Positions 47,101 through 64,000 of a DNA stretch of 64,000 bases are shown here, in pieces. Each line of letters opens with the position of its first letter. Within the stretch, counting starts at the first letter, position 1. Both the position numbers and the translations under genes were made by a program. Under the pieces are notes generated by a model. That model made no database searches and was not told the origin of the DNA. It worked only from the letters and a program-made list of their open reading frames with translations. The DNA comes from Macrostomum hystrix (Eukaryota > Animalia > Platyhelminthes), in NCBI GenBank assembly GCA_950097015.1, contig CATNEN010000037.1:2480001-2544000 (forward strand). Direction: 5' to 3'.

Positions 47101-50100
47101 CAGTGTGATACAGGACAGGTTCTCTCGGTTTGTCCCATTTCAAACTGCGGATTCATCAGAAACTTTTCCCCAAAATTGCTGAGTACTTCTCACCCAACAC
47201 ATAGATCACGATGATCCACTCCACTATGGTTGGCGCTCCGCCTCTCTCTTGCATCTTCTTTTCCAGCGTGTTCATGATGAGATCCTCAACCCGGATGGCC
47301 GCCAGCACCAGAAAGCCCAGAAACAGCAGGTAGGAGGCGCTGTGACAGATGAACTTGATGAACGGCTTACGCATCTTCTGGCCAAGATCGGACCTGGGCG
47401 CCACCAGGTAAACCATGGATAGCAAAGGAAAAATGCCTGCGAAAGTGCCTATCATGCCCATCTGGAATAGCATGTGCTTCCGGCGGAATCCGGGTAGGCC
47501 TTCGTACCAAAGGGCGGCTAGCAGCTGCTGACAGTGTGGATGAGCAACGAACTGCACGGTGGAGTATAGAATCGAGAGAGAGCTAATGATACTTTCATCA
47601 TTAACTGAAATAAGGTCATCCTCACGCTCCTCACACCCTCCTGCCAAGCCACCTCACACCTCAACCCACACTCCTCATACCCTAGCACCTCAAGCCACGC
47701 TCTTTTCACACCCTCCTTACAAGCGAAGTCACCGCACGAATCAACCCATACTCCTCACACCTTACTGCCAAGCCACCTCACACCTCAACCCACACTCCTC
47801 ACACCCTAGCACCTCAACCCACACTCCTCACACCCTAGCACCTCAACCCACACTCCTCACACCCTAGCACCTCAACCCACACTCCTCACACCCTAGCACC
47901 TCAAGCCACGCTCTTTTCACACCCTCCTTACAAGCGAAGTCACCGCACGAATCAACCCATACTCCTCACACCCTCCTGCCAAGCCACCTCACACCTCAAC
48001 CCACACTCCTCACACCCTAGCACCTCAAGCCACGCTCTTTTCACACCCTCCTTACAAGCGACGTCACCGCACGAATCAACCCATACTCCTCAGTCTTCAC
48101 ATCCCTCCCTGTAGTTTCTTTAGGACAATGCTACTTTAAAATCCTTTCCGATGGCTTGCCTTTTTCTGTTTGTATTTTATGGCCAGCTTAAGCCTCGCCA
48201 GGTTCATCCTCTCGCCCTCATTCAGGGTCTTGTCGTTGAGCTTAGTATTGTTTTGCCCAGTGTCCTGATTGAGCACAATGGCCAGCTCCTCCGAGCTGCG
48301 AGTCTGTTCCAGCAGGGCGGTGGCAAACTTCTGACATTCGGCAGACAATGTCTCGTACTCTTCGCGGAATTCATGCTCAAGGCGACCGAGGCGCCGCATC
48401 TCCCAGCTGAGCTCGAAAGCTGTCATGATGGGATCCTTGCTAGATAAGGATATCAACGACGGGCTAGCCAGGGCTCGGTAGGCATTAATGCGAGACTTGG
48501 AGTGCTGCAGGCTGTCCTCTTTGTGAGCTCGCACACAGTCGGCGCAGGCGCATCGCAGATCGTGCGGCTTCGGTACCCGATCGCCGCGGTCAAGCAGCAG
48601 CTTGATGATCTCGTAGTTGTCAATTTGAGCGGCCAGAATGATTGGCGTAACGTCCGGAGTAAAACTACTCGACGGTGTCGTGCCAAGGAGGCCCTGCAGA
48701 TGCAAAGTTGTGCTGGCTTTTGATTGGTTAGATTAGAAGAATGAAGCGAGGTGGCTGTATCGGAGTGTGTGAGAGGGCTTGGCGTGAGGTGGCTGTAATA
48801 TGTGGCGCGGGCTGGGAGTGAGGTGGATGTATCGGAGTGTGTGGGAGGCCTGGGAGTGAGGTGGATGTATCGGAGTGTGTGGGAGGCCTGGGAGTGAGGT
48901 GGATGCAATGTGGGAGGGCTTGGAGTGAGTGGATGTACTGTACTGTTTAAGAAAAAAGAATTTTATTGTCCTTGTTGCCCTAATTGTTGTCTTTAATTTT
49001 GTCAAATTCGACTTTGAGATGAGTAGATGAGTCCTGTTAGTTAGTTACTAAGTTTGTAAGGTTTAAATCTGTTCAGAACTAAAACATCCAGGTAATGCAT
49101 CAATTCGCGCTGGTACGCAATATGCATTTATGCAAGGTGAGTAAGCTCAGTCTCCGCGGCAAGCCAATGTTGGATTATTTGCATTCTCAAGAAACAGAAT
49201 GAGCGCTTTAGATGAGTATGAGTGCTAGCTATGCTGAAGATCGCGAAAAACTCTGAACAAAAGATACTGAAGGCAGCAGTTGTGCTTCCAAACCGAAAAA
49301 ATGTATTTGTGTCAAAAATGGCTAAAGTAAGCCTAGAAATACCATTTGTTAATTGAAGGAATGTGAGCACCAAAGGACAAAGTTGGTAATCAAAGGAAGC
49401 CATGCTATAAAATTTTCTAAGAAACTCAAACAAAAAGTTCTAAAAAACTAAATCCTTAAAAATGAATTCGCAGAGACTTGTAGTTGAGAAGGCTCCTGGC
49501 AGACATCAGATTGGCTTCTCTCAGCTGTGAGAAGAGATCTATGGGCACAGTCGCTGCTCTGAGGAAAATTTAGAAATCAGTTTTATAAATTAGTGAGTAC
49601 ATCCTATCGCGTGAGCAGGAAGTGAGATAGATCTCTCCGGCCTCTATTCTCGGCTGTCAGGGTGACTTTCGCAGCCACCTCTTCTGTCTCTTATCTCAGC
49701 TGTCAGGGTGACATTTCGCAGCCACCTCTTCTGTCTCTTATCTCCGCTGTCAGGGTGACATTTCGCAGCCACCTCTTCTGTCTCTTATCTCAGCTGTCAG
49801 GGTGACATTTCGCAGCCACCTCTTCTGTCTCTTATCTCCGCTGTCAGGGTGACATTTCGCAGCCACCTCTTCTGTCTCTTATCTCAGCTGTCAGGGTGAC
49901 ATTTCGCAGCCACCTCTTCTGTCTCTTATCTCCGCTGTCAGGGTGAGATTTCGCAGCCACCTCTCCAACCTGAGCCTAGAAGTCATCATCTATCATTCGT
50001 AGAGTTGGGGCAGGTGTCCTGCAGTGAAATTATCGCTGGAGACGTGTCAGCCTGTGTCAACACGGATTGTAACAAGTTGTCAAACATTGGTTTCTACATT

Positions 50101-51200
50101 TCTATTTACGTATAGCTGATTCATCTTGTGTTACCTTAAAAAAGGATGACACTGAAAAAATAATTAAATTTTTAACTAGGCAGAACTGGGGCTTGCTAAT
50201 TGTCGATATTTTCTGAGCCTAATTTAAAAACAAAGGGCGTCTTTCTGCCCTGAGAACACATGCACATACTTACAAATTTGTCGAAGCCAATTCAAACCTT
50301 TTTTTAACGGGGCATTTTCAAGTGCCAACTGATGCCTCGTTTGTCTGCTTTAATTGGACAATTTTAAACAACAATCAATATTAACAATTATAAATGATTA
50401 CACCAGCCCCAAGCAGGCCATTGCGCGGCGCATCTGAAGGTGCAGCTGTTCAGTCCATAGACTGGGGAGCCCTACAGACACCCAGCTAGTGCTGCTACCA
50501 ATTTAACAGCTGAGTCACCTTAAACAATGCAGATTTAAGTATCTAGCAGAAGGACACGAAATGTTCGATTGGAGGGGAGAATCGAACCCCAGACTTCAAA
50601 ATAGGCTTTCTCCTTTTTTATTGGACTTCAAATTAACTCTTTCTCCCTATCAGTTATTGCGACAATAGCACAAAATTTAGGACTCACCGACAAATTCTTC
50701 TTGTTTTGACGCTCAACCTGCGAGTTGAGCAGCAGTTCAACAGCGATAATGTTCTCCTCCTGGATGGCATGCAGCAGAGCGTCTCCGAGCTCCAGATTGC
50801 AGGCCAGCAGCACCTCCAGCATCTCGATGTGCTCGAATTCGATGGCCACGTGGAGGGCGGAGCGGCCAAGAGAGTCGCGACAATTGACGTTGATGCCGAG
50901 AGACGCAGCGTTTTCGATGCTGCGCCGCACCGTGCCGAGGTCGCCGAGCTCCACGGCCATCAGGTAGCGGCGCTCGTTCAGGTTCAGGTCGAATTCCTTG
51001 CGCAGCAGGCCGCCAGAAGCACCGCCGGCGCCAGAGCCGCCGCCAGCTTCTTCCAGGTCGATGCCCAGCTGCTCGATGATCTGAGACAGCTCCATGGTGC
51101 GGTCGAAAACGGCGCTGCCGCCGCCTCCAGCTTCCAGATTGGCTTCGCCAGCGCTGGCTGCTGACTGCTGACGCTTGTAGTCTCGCCAGACCTTCTCCAT
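26140..51200 (-). CDS. TRPC: Canonical transient receptor potential cation channel (TRPC1/4/5 or TRP-gamma-like)
   Basis: Exons 51200-50688, 48693-48160, 47551-47194, 43887-43748, 29045-28672, 28568-28468, 28029-27935, 27863-27669, 27262-27221, 27131-26948, 26828-26140 (1074 aa, frame preserved). Ankyrin repeats ([16 protein letters not shown]), [53 protein letters not shown], pore [21 protein letters not shown] box EWKFAR. Confidence 0.95.
28045..28440. repeat. 14-bp minisatellite (GAGAGTGAAGGGAT)n with diverged flanks
   Basis: Fills TRPC intron 28030-28467. Confidence 0.9.
29125..29170 (-). mobile_element. SINE family 2 3' fragment
   Basis: GTGTACAGCTGTTCAGTCCATGGACCGG. Confidence 0.55.
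29195..29772. repeat. 21-bp minisatellite (GAGGAAGGAATAGCTTCAGGT)n
   Basis: About 27 copies; explains the KLFLPHL ORF. Confidence 0.95.
30143..30490. repeat. 22-bp minisatellite (CATTGAGATCATGCAGTGTCGC)n
   Basis: About 15 copies. Confidence 0.95.
30945..43690. repeat. Giant 24-bp minisatellite (GATTCTAGCTACGATTCYTGTAAT)n, 12.8 kb, with 21-bp variant units
   Basis: Over 500 units inside TRPC intron 29046-43747; explains the 4282-aa ORF. Confidence 0.98.
43905..44190. repeat. Degenerate GAGTAGAGAGTG repeat
   Basis: Imperfect units beginning about 20 nt from the acceptor at 43888. Confidence 0.75.
45052..47136. repeat. 25-bp minisatellite (GGACAGGTTCTCTCGGTATGATACT)n
   Basis: About 83 copies in TRPC intron 43888-47193. 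Confidence 0.97.
47630..48092. repeat. C/A-rich composite repeat: unit of about 125 bp x3 with an internal 27-bp expansion
   Basis: CAAGCCACGCTCTTTTCACACCCTCCTTACAAGCG recurs at about 47691, 47903 and 48026. Confidence 0.85.
48765..48930. repeat. Short imperfect repeat (GTATCGGAGTGTGTGGGAGGCCTGGGAGTGAGGTGGAT)
   Basis: 3-4 units upstream of the acceptor at 48694. Confidence 0.7.
49652..49965. repeat. 47-bp minisatellite with alternating CTCAG/CTCCG variants
   Basis: CTGTCAGGGTGACATTTCGCAGCCACCTCTTCTGTCTCTTATCTCAG, about 6 copies. Confidence 0.95.
50410..50598 (-). mobile_element. SINE family 2 copy
   Basis: Collinear with 5130-5386: GCGCGGCGCATCTGAAGG..CAGCTGTTCAGTCCATAGACTGGGG..CCCAGCTA..AACAATGCAGATTTAAGT..AAGGACAC..GAATCGAACC. 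Confidence 0.7.
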
Positions 51201-51324
51201 TGGCACTTATCAGGCTTGTGCGCAAGCGAATTGATTGCAATACTGCTGGAATCTGCCATGGCAAGATAACAGTCTAGATAGCAAATACCCCGTTAATTGC
51301 ATCTTCGGTCTTGTTGGCTGTGCT

Positions 51325-51869
51325 GTTTCTCTCGGTGTGATACAGGACAGGATCTCTCGGTATGATACTGGACAGGTTCTCTCGGTATGATACAGGACAG
51401 GTTCTCTCGGTATGATACAGGACAGGATCTCTCGGTATGATACTGGACAGGTTCTCTCGGTATGATACAGGACAGGTTCTCTCGGTGTGATACTGGACAG
51501 GTTCTCTCGGTATGATACTGGACAGGTTCTCTCGGTGTGATACTGGACAGGTTCTCTCGGTGTGATACTGGACAGGTTCTCTCGGTATGATACTGGACAG
51601 GATCTCTCGGTATGATACTGGACAGGATCTCTCGGTATGATACAGGACAGGTTCTCTCGGTGTGATACTGGACAGGTTCTCTCGGTATGATACAGGACAG
51701 GTTCTCTCGGTGTGATACAGGACAGGTTCTCTCGGTATGATACAGGACAGGATCTCTCGGTATGATACAGGACAGGTTCTCTCGGTATGATACAGGACAG
51801 GTTCTCTCGGTATTATACAGGACAGGTTCTCTCGGTATTATACAGGACAGGTTCTCTCGGTTTGTCCCC
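51325..51869. repeat. 25-bp minisatellite, same unit as 45052-47136
   Basis: About 21 copies; same orientation and same terminal GGTTTGTCCC. Confidence 0.97.
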
Positions 51870-52439
51870 TCCAGCATCCCCTCCCCTACGAAATAAAATG
51901 CTAGATAATATCCATGTAACTGCAATCTAGCAAGCCCTTATTGCTACTCGTACGTTTTGAGGAACCACTTATAAAGAATAGAAGCGGTCTATCTAATGAA
52001 GAAATACAGTGAGAGGAATTTGAAGATGCCAGAGAGAGTTACTGAAGGGCTTTGGTGAAGGATATGATACGGAGACTGAGAGACTATATAAAAGGATACG
52101 GAGACTGAGAGACTAGGTTGTCTGCCATCCTTTTGATGTATTGTCTTCAAGTATCTCAACTATTTCGTATCAGTTTTACGTAATATTATGGTCATGACAA
52201 TAGTTTAATCTTTCAACATATATGACATAGAATGAATGCTTTTAAATCACAAAATGTGTCACCTTTGTTGTCTAGCAGCGATTCGAATCCGGCCAAGACG
52301 TTGGCCTTCACCAATGTCGGCAATAATTGCAAATGAGCAGGCCAAGCGTCTGCAAGTTGCTGGAGCAGGCACAATGGGAGTTGCAGCAGCCTTATCTCAC
52401 CTTTTTCCACTGCCAGCTCCCTCACCCCTACTCCTCATC

Positions 52440-52545
52440 ATGGTTCTAATCCTCGTGGCAGCTCGATGATGGCGACCCCGCCCTAGTGCTGTATGATTGG
52501 CTGGCGCCCCACCCCCAAAGCCGGGTTCTAAGCTGCTGCGCGCGG
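52440..52545 (-). promoter_or_regulatory. Possible TRPC promoter with a short first exon ending at donor AAAG|GTGAGA (52401|52400)
   Basis: Minus-strand CCAAT (about 52500) and GGGCGG (about 52480) upstream of a consensus donor; candidate acceptor CTAG| at 51274. Inference only. Confidence 0.3.
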
Positions 52546-55432
52546 CCCCGCCCACAATTGCAATACACTCCAATGGCTAAAGAAGAGAACACGCATGTTT
52601 TCTGGATTCTGATCTGGCCAAGGCTTCCTCCTTTTTTCTGTTCGATCGCAGTTGGCGACACAAAATATTTGCATCAAAGCACGAAAAAATGTCATTCGAA
52701 TTAAACTGCTTAGTACTTTTGTATGTTTAGACTTCAGTTGCCATGAGGATTGAGTTGCACTTAAGCAGGTACAGTCGATCAGATCTCTAAGAGAACTATC
52801 ATTTCGGCTTAGTTTTTCTTATTTTTTAGCATGCAGCAACAGCAGCGTCACAGCTATGCTGAGACGTCCGTCTGTATTAACGTCGTGAAAGTTGACCGGC
52901 ATCAGAATGCTTAATTTCTGCAGTGTCATGAATTGTTTTGTCTCGGAAAAAAGGCGTTTGTCCATAGCTTTCTAATCCGGCATGTCCTGTCACGAGTGGC
53001 AACTTCATTTTTAATAAGTGAACTGATTCTTCCAGGTCAAATAGCGATTGAGAAGAAAAATTAGATCGGTTCCTAAAAGCTTAACATACGAGTATATAAC
53101 AGTAACAAAACACAAATAAATATTTTTTTCATTGGTTCTATCCTGAAAACTACATACAGTAAGAGTGCGCAGATGAATAACAGGAATAGAAATTCATAAA
53201 TTAGCTTTCGGTCTATTGAATTCGTCAAACGTCTGAAAAGACCAATTATCATTGACAGGAATGTTTTGTGATAATCATGACACGATCTATTGCTTCAGAT
53301 AGGTTTTATAAAAGTTGACTAAAATTAATTTACAGATTTTACTATAAAAAGGAATTTTACTTTAGTGCCTCTCGTCAAGTCTAAAATACGAGCATATCGT
53401 CTGTTCTAATAACTATATGTAAGTTTGATTCCCGCACGATGATGCAAAATCTGTAAAGATGGAAGCATAATACAGAGCTACATGGTCGAAGCCATATAAC
53501 CAGGGGGCTGAAAATGGTGCGGCGAAAACAAATCTAATGTGTGGAAACAGTGCTCATGGAAAAAAAACTAAAACGGGGAGGCACTAAATCAAGGTACATA
53601 ACAACAAAAACTGATTTAACAACTGATTTATCAACAAACTCCCTTCTGAGGAATTACCCTCGCGAAAGCCGAAAGTGGGTGGTTGTCTAAATGCGCGTGC
53701 AAGCTTAGAGTTTCGCAGTATTGTTAGTTCATGACAATCGGGGATACTGGGGACATCCTTGAAACAAAAGGTCAAAGCAAACAGCTTTACAGTCAATTGG
53801 TTATCTTACCTAACGACCATTAGCCAGTGCGCAAAAAAGAGGTAAATATTAAATTAATATTTTGATAAGTTTTAAATAAAAACTTTTATGGAGGCATTAT
53901 TATTATAATATTATTTTCTGTAAAAAGGTACTTGTATATTGTTTTAACAGAGAAAAGAGTTATTTGAATTGCGTCTCCTTCGTATTTTTCGTGTATTTCC
54001 TAGATGAATGAATACACATGTAAACGAAATGAGTCATTCACCTTCTTATTCCTTTTAAGGATTACGCAAACTAAACTTTGAAAGTCAAAGTAATCAACTG
54101 TGCAAGCAGTTAAATGAGCGAATTTTCAATTTTTAATTAAATCAAAAGTGACAACCTAAATTTAGGTATAACTATAAGACACAATTATATGCACATAAAT
54201 TAAGCTCGGTAAAGTTTAGCTTCTTCATAGAATCTTAAAAATTATATGAGTTCTTATATACCAGTTAATCCAATAAGCCAGTCAAATCTAGGCTTAGGCT
54301 AGTGTTAGCTATGAGGCTAGAAAACCAACGAAGTCTTAGTCACATGTAAGCCTCAGTATAGTCTAGAATTGTCCATTTGTCTGACATGACAACTTGTGCC
54401 CACTGCCTATTATCACTTATCTATAAGTTGTATTATCACTTTTAAAACTAACTAAGACTATGGCCATAGTAGATAACGAAGTGAAATAAAATAGGTTCCC
54501 TTTCATTCATAAAATTATTTTGGCAATATTTTAAACCTAGTTACCCTAAACAGAGTTTCTTGAGTAAGCTAGGCTCTACACTTGTAACTTACAGTACTCA
54601 GTATGACTGTAGGTCCACTGCACTGTATTTTTGTTGAAAGTAGGCAAGGGTCTACAGTTTTTTGCGTTTATTTTTTTTTTGAAACAGCAACTAATGTTGG
54701 TTTTGTACTAGGCATATCATTTGTCTTTGTCTTATAGTTCAATTGAGTATATCATAGTGATTAGCTTTGCATGCTTAAAAAATCTCATTCCATAGCTATC
54801 TATCTTATATAGTCATCAGCTAGTATTTATTGCACATAACATTTACTGACCTAAGTCCTTGATGTTTGAGGTTTAGTATTTGGCCTAAATAGTAATATAT
54901 CTAAAATTATTTAAGCCTAGCATAAAACTTAATTTTGTTAGCTTTTTGCTATGTTGTTTAATATTCAGTTTAATTTATATTGACAAGACTATGATTAAAG
55001 TATCCTAAATATATAACTTAAATCAATATATTGCCTAAACCAACTAAATAATTATATGCAGTAAAGTACATTTAAATTAGTTTATTTTTGTTGCTTTTAT
55101 AATTAATAGTCTTTTTTACTTTTTAGCTGAGCTGACAAGCTGTCAAATAAATTATTATTCCAATTCAATAGCTAAATACTTTCTACTAAGAAAGTCACTT
55201 ATATTTAATTAGAAAATTTTTGATTGTTTCAATCAACCAATTAGAAAAGTTATATATTGATATTGTTGATTGACTTTTATTGGCTAATTTAATTTAAGTA
55301 GTCAAAATGGAGCTTTTATATTTTCAATACTTAATTTATTGCAATTATATTCAATGCTACTAATTTATTAACTTTACTTGTAATATTGCAGATAGTTAGT
55401 TGTCATATATTTAAAAAAATAAATAATTGTAG

Positions 55433-60948
<5,516 letters not shown>

Positions 60949-62009
60949 TTAGGCCGCATTGGCTAACTTTACTGTCACTGTTCTGCTCTCAAAATTGTGC
61001 TCTGCCAGCCCAATGGTTTTTTATTAGTAGACTCGTAAATATGAAATACCCTTTTTAGCTGTCTTGTATGAGGCCTCTATTTCTCTGTGTCTCCTCCTCT
61101 CTACAATCGATTTTCTCTTCTGTCGGCTTTTTTGTGCGCGATTTAGAAGATAGCACGAACCGAACGGTTTTCCTATTGTCCTTCTGCGTGTCCGAATGCA
61201 TGCTCTGTGTCTTTTTTATCCATTTACCCATTTATCATTAGAAACTGACTAAATTGTGTATTTCTCCTTTTTTCAAATCAAAATCGTGATTAATCACCTT
61301 GAACACAGTTCGCTATTAGAACTAGCTAACTAGTTTATATACGACTATGTGACCACTGAAGTGTAGCCAAGTAGTAAGATGCGCATGTGTGCTTCGTAAT
61401 TCTATTCTTTAATTAAAAAATATCAATATTTATTTGTTGTGCGCTTAACTGAATCCTAGTTTCGCCTCTCATGTTGAACTCTCATAATGAATTGTGCTTC
61501 TATGCTGTTTAATCCACCAAATACATTTTATACATTAGCCAGCTTCAAGTATTACACAGACAAATAATGATCTTACTATTAATTAGATTTTTTTCATGGG
61601 TCATTATTGCTTTGGAGTTCAGATCTAGGCATAAACTTTTGATGTTTGTCTACTCGGTGACATATTTTTATCACCGTAATTAAGCCTCTCGTTCCTTCGC
61701 TGAAGAAGAATCCTGCAATTTCAAATGATTTTGCCTGCCCTCACGGCCCCGCACTACTATAATTATAGTCACGGCCCCGCAACCTAGCAGATAATAAATA
61801 GTGGGAATGCTGCTTTTGCTCAAGCAACCAGTTTCTTTTTAACAACGCCACTTTTCTGATACGCAAAATAAAGATAAGAATAGTTAAATCGTAAACATAA
61901 AATGCTCGTTGAAATCTATTTCTAATTTTTGGCTCGCATGAGAAAATGCTAAAAATCATAATGCGCTGTTTGACTTACTCTGTGAATCGTATATTTTATG
62001 GGTGATTTG

Positions 62010-63185
62010 TGAATGGGTCGCATTCGACTGGCTGTTTACACAGACATCTGTGTGAATGGGTCGCATTCGACTGGCTGTTTACATCAGACACCTGTGTGAA
62101 TGGGTCGCATTAGACTGGCTGTTTACATCAGACACCTGTGTGAATGGGTCGCATTTGACTGGCTGTTTACATCAGACACCTGTGTGAATGGGTCGCATTC
62201 GACTGGCTGTTTACATCAGACACCTGTGTGAATGGGTCGTATTCGACTGGCTGTTTACATCAGACACCTGTGTGAATGGGTCGCATTCGACTGGCTGTTT
62301 ACATCAGACACCTGTGTGAATGGGTCGCATTCGACTGGCTGTGTACATCAGACACCTGGGTGAATGGGTCGTATTCGACTGGCTGTTTACATCAGACACC
62401 TGTGTGAATGGGTCGCATTCGACTGGCTGTTTACATCAGACACCTGTGTGAATGGGTCGCATTCGACTGGCTGTTTACATCAGACACCTGTGTGAATGGG
62501 TCGCATTCGACTGGCTGTTTACATCAGACACCTGTGTGAATGGGTCGCATTCGACTGGCTGTGTACATCAGACACCTGGGTGAATGGGTCGTATTCGACT
62601 GGCTGTTTACATCAGACACCTGTGTGAATGGGTCGCATTCGACTGGCTGTTTACATCAGACACCTGTGTGAATGGGTCGCATTCGACTGGCTGTTTACAT
62701 CAGACACCTGTGTGAATGGGTCGCATTCGACTGGCTGTTTACATCAGACACCTGTGTGAATGGGTCGCATTCGACTGGCTGTTTACATCAGACACCTGTG
62801 TGATGCGGTATTTGAATGACTGTGTACATCAGACACCTGTGTGAATGGGTCGCATTCGACTGGCTGTTTACATCAGACACCTGTGTGAATGGGTCGCATT
62901 CGACTGGCTGTTTACATCAGACACCTGTGTGAATGGGTCGCATTCGACTGGCTGTTTACATCAGACACCTGTGTGAATGGGTCGCATTCGACTGGCTGTT
63001 TACATCAGACACCTGTGTGATGCGGTATTTGAATGACTGTGTACATCAGACACCTGTGTGATGCGGGTATTTGAATGACTATGCAACATTAGACACCTGT
63101 CGAATGCGGCAATTCGACTGACTAAGCACATTAGACACGTGTCGAATGCGGCAATTAGACTGATTAAGCACATTTGACACCTGTG
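62010..63185. repeat. 44-bp minisatellite (GTGTGAATGGGTCGCATTCGACTGGCTGTTTACATCAGACACCT)n
   Basis: About 23 near-identical units plus diverged terminal units; no spacers. Confidence 0.95.
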
Positions 63186-64000
63186 TGATGCAGATGTTTA
63201 ACCTGCACATTTATAAACACATTTGGGGATATTAGCATTTACTAGTAACTGCACATCGGGTATCTGTTATATGTTATAACTCGTATTAAGGTTTTGAATG
63301 CAAATAAGAAATTTGTTTGGAACTGATTGTTCATACATATCATACATAATGCGCTTTTTGGATTTATGGTACCGTTAAGGTCAGACTTTTAAACTGGAAA
63401 TTAATATACCAGTGGAATTCGTAAGCTTTGAAAAGCTCTGGCATATTTATTTTGCTAATTAGTAGCTTCCTTAGCAACAGAAACTTGCTCAAAATCTATG
63501 CGGGCTAGCCAATGGACCCAATATTGTGAGCTGAGAAGCTTCTTGCGATTGAGTTAACTTTTATTGCTGCATTGCATCTTGTGAGAAGCCGGCGATTCTA
63601 AGAAAAGCTAGCTCAGAGAATGAGTTGCTGGCTCCTCCAAGTCGTGGAATATTGATCCCTTGTCGCTGGGTCTAGGCGTGGGAACTGCGCTTTGCCATTT
63701 TCTCGCATTCACTTACTACTCTCGCTTATTTTTTAATTGAGCATGGGAACTGCATCCAAGCCTGCGGCTGACCATATTTGGTCAAAATTAGGTTTGCGTT
63801 CTGAGCGCAAATTAACTCCAAAATGAATCAGAGATGGAGATGTTGACACTGACGGTGTTTCAAGGTGTGCTACATAAAATGCAAATAGCTCGTACATTTT
63901 TAGTTTATAGCATCGAAAGACCATAAAATCTCGCCTACCATCTAATAGGTCGTACATCTGTGAACAATTTGTTCATTTTTTCTTGGGTAACAAAAGGAAC

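Noticed and set aside
45122-47156. 669-673 aa minus-strand ORFs (also 51293-51925)
   Set aside because: Translations of a 25-bp unit cycling through all frames; no domain content.
596-51264. Antisense and alternate-frame ORFs overlapping GC-rich exons (e.g. 596-950, 19995-20854, 26494-26895, 50706-51164)
   Set aside because: Shadows of GC-rich coding sequence with no recognisable motifs.
62010-63185. CRISPR-like appearance of 44-bp palindromic repeats (also the 40- and 47-bp arrays)
   Set aside because: Units are directly tandem with no unique spacers, there are no cas genes, and the context is eukaryotic.

Overview
Eukaryotic (metazoan) genomic DNA with GC-rich spliced exons, AT-rich intergenic DNA and dense minisatellites. 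No prokaryotic features. The style suggests a flatworm such as Macrostomum; this is inference from composition only. Five spliced genes alternate in orientation: the 3' part of a protocadherin (+, 519-7749), a PP2C/pyruvate dehydrogenase phosphatase-like gene with degenerate metal ligands (-, 10459-12683), cytosolic carboxypeptidase 5/AGBL5 (+, 15273-20924), a TRPC channel (-, 26140-51200, 11 exons, one GC-AG intron, one 14.7 kb intron) and RhoA/Rho1 (+, 55436-60948). All exon chains were assembled by hand and keep frame. By my count 16 of the 18 introns over 150 bp contain tandem arrays, including a 12.8 kb 24-bp array with 2553 and 4626 bp higher-order duplications. Two tRNA-headed SINE families occur in multiple copies; one copy duplicated a splice donor in its 14-bp target-site duplication. 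Most long ORFs in the supplied track are repeat read-throughs or antisense shadows.
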